From: a virus
Reading direction: 5' to 3' (one strand)
Virus record (IMG/VR): IMGVR_UViG_3300037827_000551
Span: 19,519-83,518 of that record
Length of the DNA: 64,000 nucleotides
The notes under the pieces were generated by a model. It saw only the letters and a program-made list of their open reading frames with translations, did not search any database and was not told where the DNA came from. The first letter of the stretch is position 1; every line of letters starts with the position of its first letter. Position numbers and translations under genes: made by a program. This document shows positions 8,257 through 17,863 of this stretch, one piece after another.

Positions 8257-8604
8257 AACATTTTTCGGAATTTTTTCAAAATAGTTTTTTGGATGCATGC
8301 AATGAAGTGGGGTGGGCGAGTCGCTATCCTTATATACTGTGAGCCGATAGCCTACGTGGTGCATGCCGTCCCACGGACGCACCACCAGTCCCTAGCGTGG
8401 GCCGGCGATGCACCATCAGACCATGGCTAGACACCGGGCTGACGCCGGCCCATGTCGCGAGCTATTGGCTCACTCCATGCTTGCGGGCTAGTCTTTACCT
8501 AACATGCGTTCACGAATGATGCATGCATGACATTAATGGCATCACATAAAGGTCCATCGTAGGTGTTATTCATAAGCGTATGATGATTTGAGAGTGCATG
8601 CATG

Positions 8605-8670
8605 GTATAGGGGGTTGATTTTCTGGATGGGTGCAACCACGACCGCTTGCCCCCCACTTACACATTTTTG
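8605..8670 (+). other. putative cos (cohesive-end cleavage) region
   Basis: GTATAGGGGG...ACGACCGCTTGCCCCCC...ACATTTTT just upstream of terS, resembling the G-run/ACCGC/C-run layout of HK97-type 3'-cos sites. Confidence 0.55.
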
Positions 8671-8791
8671 TGGTCATTTTTCGTACCTTGACTCCAGAAA
8701 TTGACATTGACAAGCCCCTTGCGGCCGACCTAGAACCGTGATAACCTGAACCAGAATCGTCCGATCCAATCCTATTTTTTCGAGGACTCCA

Positions 8792-9211
8792 ATGGCTGTC
8801 CGAGGCCAGAAACTCCGATCCGCCGACAATGGCGCGGAACTAACTGTGGACGCAATCAATCATGAAAAACTTGATTCCCCGATCAAGCTTTCCAAGGAAG
8901 CAAAGGTCGAATACGAAAGGCTTTGCAAGGTTCTCATCGCCCGAGCAACCATCGGTCGCGTCGACCTGTCCGTGATAGCGGAATGCGCCAGAATCAAAGA
9001 CTTGCTCAATCGGGCTCACAAGATGTGCGATCTCAGTCTCGATGCCAAGAACGTTTCAATGGTACGCCAATTCACAGCCCAACTCCGTGGTCTGCTTCGC
9101 GAACTGGGGCTTACAACCACACCGTCGCGAAACGTTGTTCGGACCATCGCCAAGTCGGGAGCACCGGCCGAGGCCATTGCCGGCATGATCAAAATTTCGG
9201 AGACAGCCTGA
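8792..9211 (+). CDS. terS: terminase small subunit (P27-like)
   Basis: MAVRGQK..., P.KLSKEAK.EYERL, LLRELGLTTTPSR. Confidence 0.8.
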   Translation: MAVRGQKLRSADNGAELTVDAINHEKLDSPIKLSKEAKVEYERLCKVLIARATIGRVDLSVIAECARIKDLLNRAHKMCDLSLDAKNVSMVRQFTAQLRGLLRELGLTTTPSRNVVRTIAKSGAPAEAIAGMIKISETA

Positions 9212-9537
9212 TGGACGCGGCTTCCAGACTTCGTGAAATACTGGCGGGAATGACTCGGCAAGAACGATTCAAGATGATGTGCATGTCCGGAATCCCCAAG
9301 ATAATCGAAACCGAAATGCTCGATATCGGCCTCGATGAATTCCATGCGATCCTCGTCGCCATGAACACTCGCGACCGGATTGGGATGGCAATCCGAGAAA
9401 ATCCAACCGTGGCCAAGGAGATCCTCAAGGAGATCGATCAAGAGGAGGCCCTGGTCAAGCAATTCACCGACCTCGCAAAATCCCCCGACACCCGCTCCGG
9501 CCACTGGCGGTACGCCGCTGATTCGGAGGATAGATGA
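9211..9537 (+). CDS. hypothetical protein
   Basis: ATG coupled to the terS stop. Confidence 0.55.
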   Translation: MDAASRLREILAGMTRQERFKMMCMSGIPKIIETEMLDIGLDEFHAILVAMNTRDRIGMAIRENPTVAKEILKEIDQEEALVKQFTDLAKSPDTRSGHWRYAADSEDR

Positions 9538-9538
9538 C

Positions 9539-9838
9539 ATGAGATGCTGCGACAAGGAGGCAAAGTACCAAGTTACTCCGGAACATGTCCTCGAATACGT
9601 CTACAGTCGCCGCGCCACCATGACCGTCATTGAGTTTCAAGACCAAGTCATAGCCTCGGTTAGCGTCTTGGACGGACTGATCAATGCCCATGAAATTGGT
9701 ATCTTTGGGGCTGTGGAGTCCTGTCTAAAGCAGGAGGCCACCCTTATCGCCCAGGGCAAGATCACAGGTGGGACATCGGTTGGCGATCGGATTTTGGCTG
9801 ATCATCGGGATATGCCGAAGCTGGAGGTGGTCTCGTGA
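9539..9838 (+). CDS. hypothetical protein
   Basis: ATG after GGAGG. Confidence 0.55.
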   Translation: MRCCDKEAKYQVTPEHVLEYVYSRRATMTVIEFQDQVIASVSVLDGLINAHEIGIFGAVESCLKQEATLIAQGKITGGTSVGDRILADHRDMPKLEVVS

Positions 9839-10221
9839 TCCCATTCGCCATTTTCGCCACAATCTCATTCGCCGTCTGGTTAACCCTCTGGGGCCTCGAT
9901 CGCTTGCCATGGCGGCGATCCGCCATCCCAGATCCAAAGGTTGATCCAGGGCCATCGATCTCGCTGACGCTCAGTGGGGCGACGACATCTTGGACTAACG
10001 ACACCCGCTTCACAGTCACGGGCCTTACCTCGGCGGTAATGACAATAAAGACGAGTGATACGGGATTCACGATTCTAAAGCCGGACCCGATCACGCCGGC
10101 CCCATTTTTCGGTGACGGCCGCACGATCAATCATGTCCGCGATGGTGATACACCTACGACGATCCCGGGATGGGCGTCGACACCGTTCTACCTCGGCGGT
10201 AATGACAATAAAGACGAGTGA
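9835..10221 (+). CDS. hypothetical protein with N-terminal TM helix
   Basis: hydrophobic N-terminus; GGAGG SD; contains a 36-bp direct repeat. Confidence 0.55.
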   Translation: MIPFAIFATISFAVWLTLWGLDRLPWRRSAIPDPKVDPGPSISLTLSGATTSWTNDTRFTVTGLTSAVMTIKTSDTGFTILKPDPITPAPFFGDGRTINHVRDGDTPTTIPGWASTPFYLGGNDNKDE

Positions 10222-10547
10222 TACTTTGTGGTAAACCCGCCAGGTTTATCGGGCGCAGGAACCGGATCGAGATCTGGGCGTGCGACTCGTCCGGTTGCTT
10301 GGCCGAGAAATTTGAGGTTCTAGACCCGGCGAGCACTCAGTGTACAAGCGACAAAAATCTTGTACACTTAGCGGCAACGGAAAATTTTGATTTAATAAAG
10401 AGACCTGCCACCAAAAGCGAACACGCCCGGTGTAAACGGGCGTGCTGCCTTGAGTTGATTCCAGGATTGGCGTCCTGGAAGGCGGCAGGTGGACACGATT
10501 CCTTAGCCTACAAGGACCGAATCCGTGAAACCAATCGTACCCCCTGA
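10218..10547 (+). CDS. hypothetical protein
   Basis: coupled ORF. Confidence 0.45.
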   Translation: MILCGKPARFIGRRNRIEIWACDSSGCLAEKFEVLDPASTQCTSDKNLVHLAATENFDLIKRPATKSEHARCKRACCLELIPGLASWKAAGGHDSLAYKDRIRETNRTP

Positions 10548-11574
10548 CAAGGGAAACGGCAAGTCCACACCACGAAAGATCAGGTATCCCTTCGACCCGA
10601 TCCCGAGGCTTGTCGCCGATTTGGTGGCGAAGAGAACACTTCGGGCGATGGACACCCAAGTCCTGACCCTCCTGCTACGCTACAGATCGCGCCTGCACGA
10701 TTCGTGCTGGACGACGCTCGGTCGGCTTGTCGAGGGCGTAGGACGGTCTGAGGCAACCGTTAAGCGATCTCTCCGCCGACTCAGGGACGCCGGTGTGATC
10801 CTGCATGTCCAGGTTGCCAGTCCCGATCCCGACGAACCTCGCAATCGGACCGGGTGGCGGTTCTACTTCCCATTCATGCAATCGGATGCCTCGCACGCGT
10901 GTGCGCGTAATTTGGGGGTCAATCCCGACCCCCCCCAGAGTGCAGAAATGACCCCCCCTGGGGATCAAGAATGGCCCCCCCCTGGGGTCAATTTTGACCC
11001 CCAAATAGAAACAGAAGGAATTCCCTCCCCTTTGGGGTTAGACAAAATCAACACGACTACGACCTCAGAACCGGAGTCGTCGTTGTGTGATTCTCCTTCG
11101 GATGAAGAAAAAACCACCGAGGAAGAGCAGGCGGAACTGACTTTCAAGGCCGAGAAGCGGTTCAACGCCGAGGGGCTCGATTGGCAGATCGCCAGCCTCT
11201 TGAAAAAGTATCCACGCCATTGGGTGGCGGACGCGCTCAAACGGCCAGGAACCACCACGATGGGTGGCGTCCGCAACACGCTGGAGGAGTACGTGGAGGG
11301 AGGGCGATCGAGGAAACCATCGGCGCCGAAGCGGGTGGAGTTTGACTCGGCCAAGTTCATTGCGACCCTGGATAAACTCGGCTGGCGGCTGGAGTGGGAC
11401 AACAAGCTCGGGCCTGATGGCGGCTTGCGGTGGTCGAAAACCCGGAAGGATGCCGAAAAGCCAAGCCCGGAACTCAAGTCTGAGTATGACACCAACTGGC
11501 GCGACATCGCGACATTTGTGCAATCGTCCCATGATTACCTATGCGTGGCGCCGAAGCTGAGAGTGGTCTCGTGA
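10525..11574 (+). CDS. HTH protein, replication-initiator-like
   Basis: CWTTLGRLVEGVGRSEATVKRSLRRLRDAGVI winged-HTH; iteron-like repeats in the middle of the gene. Confidence 0.7.
   Translation: MKPIVPPDKGNGKSTPRKIRYPFDPIPRLVADLVAKRTLRAMDTQVLTLLLRYRSRLHDSCWTTLGRLVEGVGRSEATVKRSLRRLRDAGVILHVQVASPDPDEPRNRTGWRFYFPFMQSDASHACARNLGVNPDPPQSAEMTPPGDQEWPPPGVNFDPQIETEGIPSPLGLDKINTTTTSEPESSLCDSPSDEEKTTEEEQAELTFKAEKRFNAEGLDWQIASLLKKYPRHWVADALKRPGTTTMGGVRNTLEEYVEGGRSRKPSAPKRVEFDSAKFIATLDKLGWRLEWDNKLGPDGGLRWSKTRKDAEKPSPELKSEYDTNWRDIATFVQSSHDYLCVAPKLRVVS
10910..11006. repeat. four ~23-bp GGGGTCAA-N-GACCCC iteron-like units
   Basis: ggggtcaatcccgacccc / gagtgcagaaatgacccc / ggggatcaagaatggcccc / ggggtcaattttgacccc, bounded by ATTTGGGGGTCAA...TTGACCCCCAAAT. 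Confidence 0.8.
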
Positions 11575-11756
11575 CAAAAAATCCAAAACTGCTCTTGCAC
11601 TCCTTGTGCCGATCGCTCAATATCTTAATAGACTCCCAAAATCCCCAGGTTTCACCCTGTGACCAATCGCCGCAACTTCCTCGAAAAAGCCAGCGTGGCG
11701 ATAGTCACGCCGACTTATACCGACGGCGAAATCGCTAGTCTCCTCATCACAACCCT

Positions 11757-13376
11757 TTGACCACTTCCGCCACAAAGCCGAAGCCTAAAAGCCGCGAACC
11801 AAAGTCGACGCCGAACCCCGCTGTCGACTTTATTAACGCCCTTCATCACACCGGGGATTTCCACGGCCAGCCGTTCGGCCTTCGTCCATGGCAAGAACAC
11901 GGCATCATCAGGAAGATCTTCGACGACAAGGGAAAGCCTAAATACAAAGAGGTATTCATAGGTATTCCAAGAAAATGCGGGAAAACCGAAATTCTTGGCG
12001 CTATCGTCGACTACCTCTTGTTTGGGACCGGGAAACGCTCCCAGCAAATTTACTCAGCTTCCGGTGATCACAAGCAAGCCGCTCTGATTTACAATGCCGC
12101 GACATCCATGATTCGCCAGAGCGAGGCCCTCTCGAACGTCGCCCAGATCTACAAATCGACCAAGCGGATCGAGTGCAATCCGACCGACAGTTTCTACGAA
12201 GCACTGTCATCTGAGCATGCACTTAAATACGGATTGCGCCCAAGCGTTATCATATTTGACGAGATGTGGGTCTTTCCCAACCGGGATCTCTATAAGGCTC
12301 TCACGTCAGCTTTTGGTGCCACGATCAACCCACTGACGATCACGATCACCACGGCGGGTTGGGACCGCTCCTCGCTTTGCTGGGAGCAGTGGAAATACGC
12401 CACCGATGTCCGCGATGGCCTTGTCGATGACCCGAACTTCCTGCCGATTATTTATGCCGCCGATCCAGAGGACGACTGGACTTCTGAAGAGACGTGGCGG
12501 AAAGCCATGCCGGCTCTTGGCGACTTTTGTCAACTCGACTTCATCAAAAGTGAGTGCAGGAAGGCGCAGCAAATCCCGGCTTACGAGAACAGTTTCAAGC
12601 AACTTTATCTCAATGTCTGGACCGACCAGGAACAAAAGTGGCTCTCCACCGAAGAGTGGGCCGCATGCAAGGGCGAATTCGACAGAATCGTGCTTCCCAA
12701 CGGTACTCCCTGTGTCGAGCACCTCTATGGCCAGCCGTGCTATGCCGGCCTGGATATGGGCATCACGGGTGACATGGCCTGCTACTGGATGGTATTCCCC
12801 CAGCCTGATGGCAAGGTTCATATTATCGGTCACGGATGGGTCCCATTTGACGGAAAGTGGCGAGATGAGCTTCGTAACAAGGATCGGTATATCGAGTGGG
12901 AGCGGATGGGGTATCTGACCTTCACCAAAGGTCCTGGCTCTGGCCCGTATCGAGTGGTCGACGAGGATCACATCAAGCGCGACATCATCGCGTGGCACCA
13001 GAAATACCCGGTTCGCGCTCTTTATGCCGACCGAGCTTATGCAATGGCTTTGATCATCGACCTATTTAACCGCGAAAGCATCAATATCAAGGGTATTCCC
13101 CAGGGAGCCGTCACGCTCAACGAAGCGTGTGTAACCCTTGAGGAAATGATACTGGGCAGACTGATATGTCATGATGGGAATCCGATCATGAATTGGAACA
13201 TCGCCAACGCCTCACTGATCCGCACGGTTACCGGCCTAATTTTCCCCAACAAGTCCTCGTCCACCGAGCGCATCGACGGCCTCGCCGCCCTGATCAACGC
13301 CCTGACGGCATACAAGGATGACCCCGAGAATCACGGTGACTCTTACTACAACAATAACCCGATCATGATCTTGTAA
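11757..13376 (+). CDS. terL: terminase large subunit (cos-type, HK97-like)
   Basis: LRPWQ, Walker A IPRKCGKT, Walker B IIFDE, ITTAG, nuclease AGLD...RIDG. Confidence 0.95.
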   Translation: MTTSATKPKPKSREPKSTPNPAVDFINALHHTGDFHGQPFGLRPWQEHGIIRKIFDDKGKPKYKEVFIGIPRKCGKTEILGAIVDYLLFGTGKRSQQIYSASGDHKQAALIYNAATSMIRQSEALSNVAQIYKSTKRIECNPTDSFYEALSSEHALKYGLRPSVIIFDEMWVFPNRDLYKALTSAFGATINPLTITITTAGWDRSSLCWEQWKYATDVRDGLVDDPNFLPIIYAADPEDDWTSEETWRKAMPALGDFCQLDFIKSECRKAQQIPAYENSFKQLYLNVWTDQEQKWLSTEEWAACKGEFDRIVLPNGTPCVEHLYGQPCYAGLDMGITGDMACYWMVFPQPDGKVHIIGHGWVPFDGKWRDELRNKDRYIEWERMGYLTFTKGPGSGPYRVVDEDHIKRDIIAWHQKYPVRALYADRAYAMALIIDLFNRESINIKGIPQGAVTLNEACVTLEEMILGRLICHDGNPIMNWNIANASLIRTVTGLIFPNKSSSTERIDGLAALINALTAYKDDPENHGDSYYNNNPIMIL

Positions 13377-13397
13377 TTCACATCAAGGGGGAATCCC

Positions 13398-14051
13398 ATG
13401 CCTTTGCAAACCAATACGACCGGTGTGTCATTTGTCTACAACAACCTGTCGGCCAGTGTGCAGGCCAACGTCAACGGCAACACCAATGCGGTCATTGCCC
13501 TGCCGACGGTCACGCAACTCGACACCCAGTCCGCCACGATGATAAGCGGCCGTGTTCCTGGGGGCAGCGCTTTCCGCACCGACACGAATGGTGTTGGACC
13601 GAACTTCAATTCCGGCGTCGTCATGTTGGACGGCTTTGAAATTCAGGCGGCCCGGCTAACTGGCAGCCAGATCGTCAATGGTGCCACCAAGTCGGGAGTG
13701 TTTTTTGTTATCCTGTCCGGCACCAATGCGGTGACGGTCCCCTTGACCAATACGAGCACCAACACCAACGGCGCGGCGGGCGATAACGTTTTTGCCAAAT
13801 ACTACGAAGTTACCCTGTACAATCTCTCTGGCCTCGATGGAAACAATTCCGCGAGCATGACCGTCGGCCCATCGGGAACGAACGGCAACAAACTCCAGAT
13901 GCCACTCACGAACTCAACTCTCACTATCGACGGGGCTTCGGCCCACATACTAAAATCAGTCAACGGCGTCGTGATCAATGCGGCTAATACGGCGATCACG
14001 ATCACACCGACCGCCAATTCAACGTTTGCCTGTATTGTCGTGGGAGCGTAA
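13398..14051 (+). CDS. probable virion structural protein (N/T/G-rich, beta)
   Basis: composition and position between terL and portal. Confidence 0.6.
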   Translation: MPLQTNTTGVSFVYNNLSASVQANVNGNTNAVIALPTVTQLDTQSATMISGRVPGGSAFRTDTNGVGPNFNSGVVMLDGFEIQAARLTGSQIVNGATKSGVFFVILSGTNAVTVPLTNTSTNTNGAAGDNVFAKYYEVTLYNLSGLDGNNSASMTVGPSGTNGNKLQMPLTNSTLTIDGASAHILKSVNGVVINAANTAITITPTANSTFACIVVGA

Positions 14052-14296
14052 GCCAGTGAAAACCAGGTCTCTCAAAATCGCCGCCGACCTTTGGATTGGT
14101 ATTCTGATGTACCAAAAACCACAGGTTTTCCGTGTCATAAAAAACGCTCTCCCCGAAGACGCCAAATGCGTCGGTCTTGAATTTGACCCGTTAGCGAACG
14201 TCGTGACAATCAAGATTTCCAGTACCGTTTTTCAAGACAGCGACCCCGACGAACTTCCTCCAGTTCAATTTGAAACATTCCCGAAAGGACAGTAAC

Positions 14297-14710
14297 ATGG
14301 GCGACATGCTCCAAAAACAAGGCAAAATGACCGGCACCGGCGGCATGGTGTCACCTCAGCGAGTTCCGATGGAATGGATGAAAGAAAAACTGCCCATGAC
14401 CAAGGAAAGCCCGCAAGGCCCCGAGGTAACGTCAAAGCCCACGATGCGATCATTGGCCACCGGAGCCGAGTCGCGAGCACTGGCTCCAATCCCCGGTGAT
14501 GTGGTGTCAGCCCTCCAAGTCGGCGACCAGGGCGGCTTCCTGGCTGGTGTTCTGGCCAGCCGCCCCAGTGCCGCGACCAGAACAGCTCCTGGCGACGACG
14601 GCAACCTCTCGATCGGGGCTCAGGGCGAGGAAAAGATAGCCAAGGGCTCGGCGTCACGGACGACGGGTATCCCGGTCAAGGGCGAAACAATGGGCAAGGG
14701 GATGATTTGA
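14297..14710 (+). CDS. hypothetical low-complexity protein
   Basis: ATG after AAGGA. Confidence 0.55.
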   Translation: MGDMLQKQGKMTGTGGMVSPQRVPMEWMKEKLPMTKESPQGPEVTSKPTMRSLATGAESRALAPIPGDVVSALQVGDQGGFLAGVLASRPSAATRTAPGDDGNLSIGAQGEEKIAKGSASRTTGIPVKGETMGKGMI

Positions 14711-15424
14711 ATGTGGTGGGCACCCCATCTCCGAATTCCTGGAGTCAGCGTCAGTTGGCTCCAGGATGAATCCGGCCACGGCGTCTCAGAGATCATCGTT
14801 GAGCCGAGTTATTGGGTCGTGAGCGAGATCATTGCATGATCAACCACGAAATCGCCGCATTGTGGGCCAGCATTTGCCCGACTCCGAAATTAAAGCGTCG
14901 ACTCAAGATCGAGTTCAAGTGCGGTGTACAGTGCGACGAACCGGGCCATTATTGTACTCATGCCACCCGCGAAGGGGCCGTATTTCACATCGAGGCCACG
15001 AATGCGGGAATGCCTCGGAGGATTTTTACGGAGGGCTGTCACTGACATGAGCGATTCCTGGGAAATTAAGCCGCTTCAGTGGTCTCCTGAAGATCTCGAA
15101 TTCATTCGGTTGCGAGACGATCTCGACCGCAGAGCGTCTCACGCCAAGACGATCGGCGGGATTTACGGCGTTTCTCCTGTAGTTTTTGCATGGCACGCAA
15201 TAGCAGTTGGCTATGCATGCGAAGCAGTTTTCGCCCAACTTGTTGCCAATTCGATGCCGAGACAATCCAGAGGTGAGTAATCCCCGCTCATCTCCCGAGG
15301 AGCAACGACTTGAGCGAGAGCGGTTCGCTGTTCTCGCTCAAGCGTTCGAGCGGGCCAAGGCCGAAATAATTGAGCCGGCTCATGCCGCTGTTGCCGCGAT
15401 GGGTGATTTGGTGAAAAACATCAA

Positions 15425-15637
15425 GTGAAACGCCAGCAACTTCGCGACAACCCGAAGAACCGGCACGATTTCAAGATTGGAGACCGGGTCAAGCTTTTGC
15501 CATGGGATGACACGTTAGGAACGGTCTATCGAATACCAAGGCGAATCCACGACAGGGTTGACGTTCGGTTTTTCGTCAACGGGGTTCCCGAGGTTTTCGC
15601 AGAATCTATCCCGGTACGCAGACTAGTCAAAATTTGA
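15425..15637 (+). CDS. small SH3/KOW-like protein
   Basis: FKIGDRVKL...GTVY. Confidence 0.5.
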   Translation: MKRQQLRDNPKNRHDFKIGDRVKLLPWDDTLGTVYRIPRRIHDRVDVRFFVNGVPEVFAESIPVRRLVKI

Positions 15638-17010
15638 GTAAACATGTCCCCTCAATCCTGAAAAAATCCCAAAGCAGGAGTATCGCCAAGAGGCAATATC
15701 AAGCCGCTGCCACCCTGAGCGCTCCCGGCTTCACCGCCAGCCTGACAACGCCGTCGATCGCTGGGATACTCGTCACACCTCAGACCGCCCTTACCTTCTC
15801 GGCCTATTACGCCGGGGTCAGGGTGATCACGGAGGACTTGGCCTCGCTCCCATTTTGTACGTTCCAGCGAATACCCAACGGCGGGTCGAAGGCGGTTCCG
15901 TCGCATCCCGTGTCGGTGCTATGGAATAGATCGCCTGATGGTGAGTCTACTTCCATGAATTGGCGGGAGGCATGGACGGGACACTGCTTAGGTTGGGGCA
16001 ATGCTTTTGCCGAGATCTTCTTTGACGACGCGGGCTACCCCGAACGCCTGTCGATGATACATCCATCCATAATTATCCCAAAGAGATTCCGTGATGGACG
16101 CCTATATTACGAATTGCAGACCAGCATCGGGTCCAACGCATCAGGCCGATACCGCATTATCCCCCCATGGAAAATCCTCCACCTGGCGGGACTCGGCTTC
16201 AACGGTCTTGTGGGTTACTCCCCGGTCGCTCTCGCAAGGGAATCTATTGGGTTGGGTAAAGCGGCCGAACAGTTCGGTGCCAGCCTCTTTGGAAACGGTG
16301 CGATACCACACGGGGTCTTACAGTACCCAGGAGTCCTAAAGGACGAGGCCCGCAAGAACCTCCGTGAAGGATGGAATCAGGTCCACCAGGGTTCAGCGAG
16401 CGCTAATCGTATCGCCGTCCTAGAACAGGGTGTTACCTGGGTTCAGACCCAGATTCAGCCCGAAGACGCCCAATTCCTCGCCGCCAGACAGTTCCAGGTC
16501 GTCGAAATCGCCCGAATTCTCCGCCTCGCCCCGCACAAAATCGGCGACTTCAGTCAGGCTCACTTAGCCAACATCGAGGCCGCGAACGACGACCACATCA
16601 TCTCGTGCATACGTCCTTGGGCCATAAGATTTGAACAATGTTCTGATCTGAAACTTTTTACCAGGGAAGAATACGACGCCGGATTTTATACCAAGCACGA
16701 CTTTCGGCCATTGCTGCTCAAATTAGCCAAGGATCGGGCGGATTACTACAGGAAGATGTTCGAGATTGGCGTATACACAGTCAATGAAATCAGGGAATTA
16801 GAAGGCTTGAATCCAATCAGTGACGCGGACGGTGGTAATCTCCGCTTCAGACCGGCCAACGAGATGGGACTCACGTCACCGGACAAAGCCATCGAAGAGG
16901 GACTGATGAGGAAGGGTGAGGAGGCCACATCGGACAAGACCCCCCGTGGCCTCATGGAATTGATGCACGACCGGAGCGTCATGAACGGAAATGGCTATCA
17001 CGCAGCCTAA
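15634..17010 (+). CDS. portal protein, HK97 family
   Basis: I.EDLASLP, GNAFAEI, G.SPV...ESIGLG, F.NGA.P.GVL, AQFL..R.F...EIAR, TVNEIRELEGL.PI. Confidence 0.95.
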   Translation: MSKHVPSILKKSQSRSIAKRQYQAAATLSAPGFTASLTTPSIAGILVTPQTALTFSAYYAGVRVITEDLASLPFCTFQRIPNGGSKAVPSHPVSVLWNRSPDGESTSMNWREAWTGHCLGWGNAFAEIFFDDAGYPERLSMIHPSIIIPKRFRDGRLYYELQTSIGSNASGRYRIIPPWKILHLAGLGFNGLVGYSPVALARESIGLGKAAEQFGASLFGNGAIPHGVLQYPGVLKDEARKNLREGWNQVHQGSASANRIAVLEQGVTWVQTQIQPEDAQFLAARQFQVVEIARILRLAPHKIGDFSQAHLANIEAANDDHIISCIRPWAIRFEQCSDLKLFTREEYDAGFYTKHDFRPLLLKLAKDRADYYRKMFEIGVYTVNEIRELEGLNPISDADGGNLRFRPANEMGLTSPDKAIEEGLMRKGEEATSDKTPRGLMELMHDRSVMNGNGYHAA

Positions 17011-17195
17011 AAAGCCCCCAAAACGAGAAAATTTCACAAAAATCGACCCGTTGGCGCTCACGGATTACCAAGTCGTGGATCTGGGAAAAGAGTGCGATCA
17101 GAAATGACCAGCGAACGTCTCATGCTTGGATCGAGGAATTTCTCAGTGGCTTGAGGAAAAATACTGATGGTGGGTACAAGAAAATCGGTGGCTGA

Positions 17196-17714
17196 ATGAG
17201 CATAATCGCGGCTAAGATTCACGCGGATTACTACGAAATTGCAGCAGATTCGATCAGTGTACTTGGGCATAGCCAAAGAAAGGACATGGACAAGGCCAAA
17301 CTCCTGGAAGTCAACGGGATTATCGTAGGTGGAACCGGGACCGCCCAAGAAACATCTTTGCTTGAAACCTTCCTTCGTACGCATAAGCCAAGTGAATCAA
17401 AAGACTCCTCGGTGCTCGAATGTTTCATCGAGTTTGCCTCCTGGAAGAAAGAGCGAACCACCAAGTACGAGATAGAAAACGACTATTTGGTAGGTTTTGA
17501 TGGCAAAGTCTGGCTGATCGAGGGATTTTACGTGTGTCAGGTGACCAAATTTCACGCCATTGGAGCTGGGGCCAATTTTGCGACCGCCGCAATGTTCCTG
17601 GGTCACGATGTCACCAAGGCGGTCGAAACAGCGATCGAGTTATCAATTTACTGCGAATCACCCGTCGTTAAATTCAGGCGAAACATGCGAGACCAAAATA
17701 GTGAACGTGCTTGA
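17196..17714 (+). CDS. HslV/proteasome-beta-like Ntn hydrolase
   Basis: M-S-IIA...IAADS...K...IVGGTG...AIGAG.NFA.AAM.LG...AVE.A. Confidence 0.7.
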   Translation: MSIIAAKIHADYYEIAADSISVLGHSQRKDMDKAKLLEVNGIIVGGTGTAQETSLLETFLRTHKPSESKDSSVLECFIEFASWKKERTTKYEIENDYLVGFDGKVWLIEGFYVCQVTKFHAIGAGANFATAAMFLGHDVTKAVETAIELSIYCESPVVKFRRNMRDQNSERA

Positions 17715-17863
17715 TCAGTACGAAGTCAGCATCGCCGCCATCGATTCCGACGCCCAAAACCCGGCAAATATCGCGAAAATCCGCCTGATTTTGCCCAAAA
17801 ACAGCGAAAAACTCGAAAAAACAGCGGTCGCATTGGTAAAAAACGCCGGAAATTGAGGCAAAA

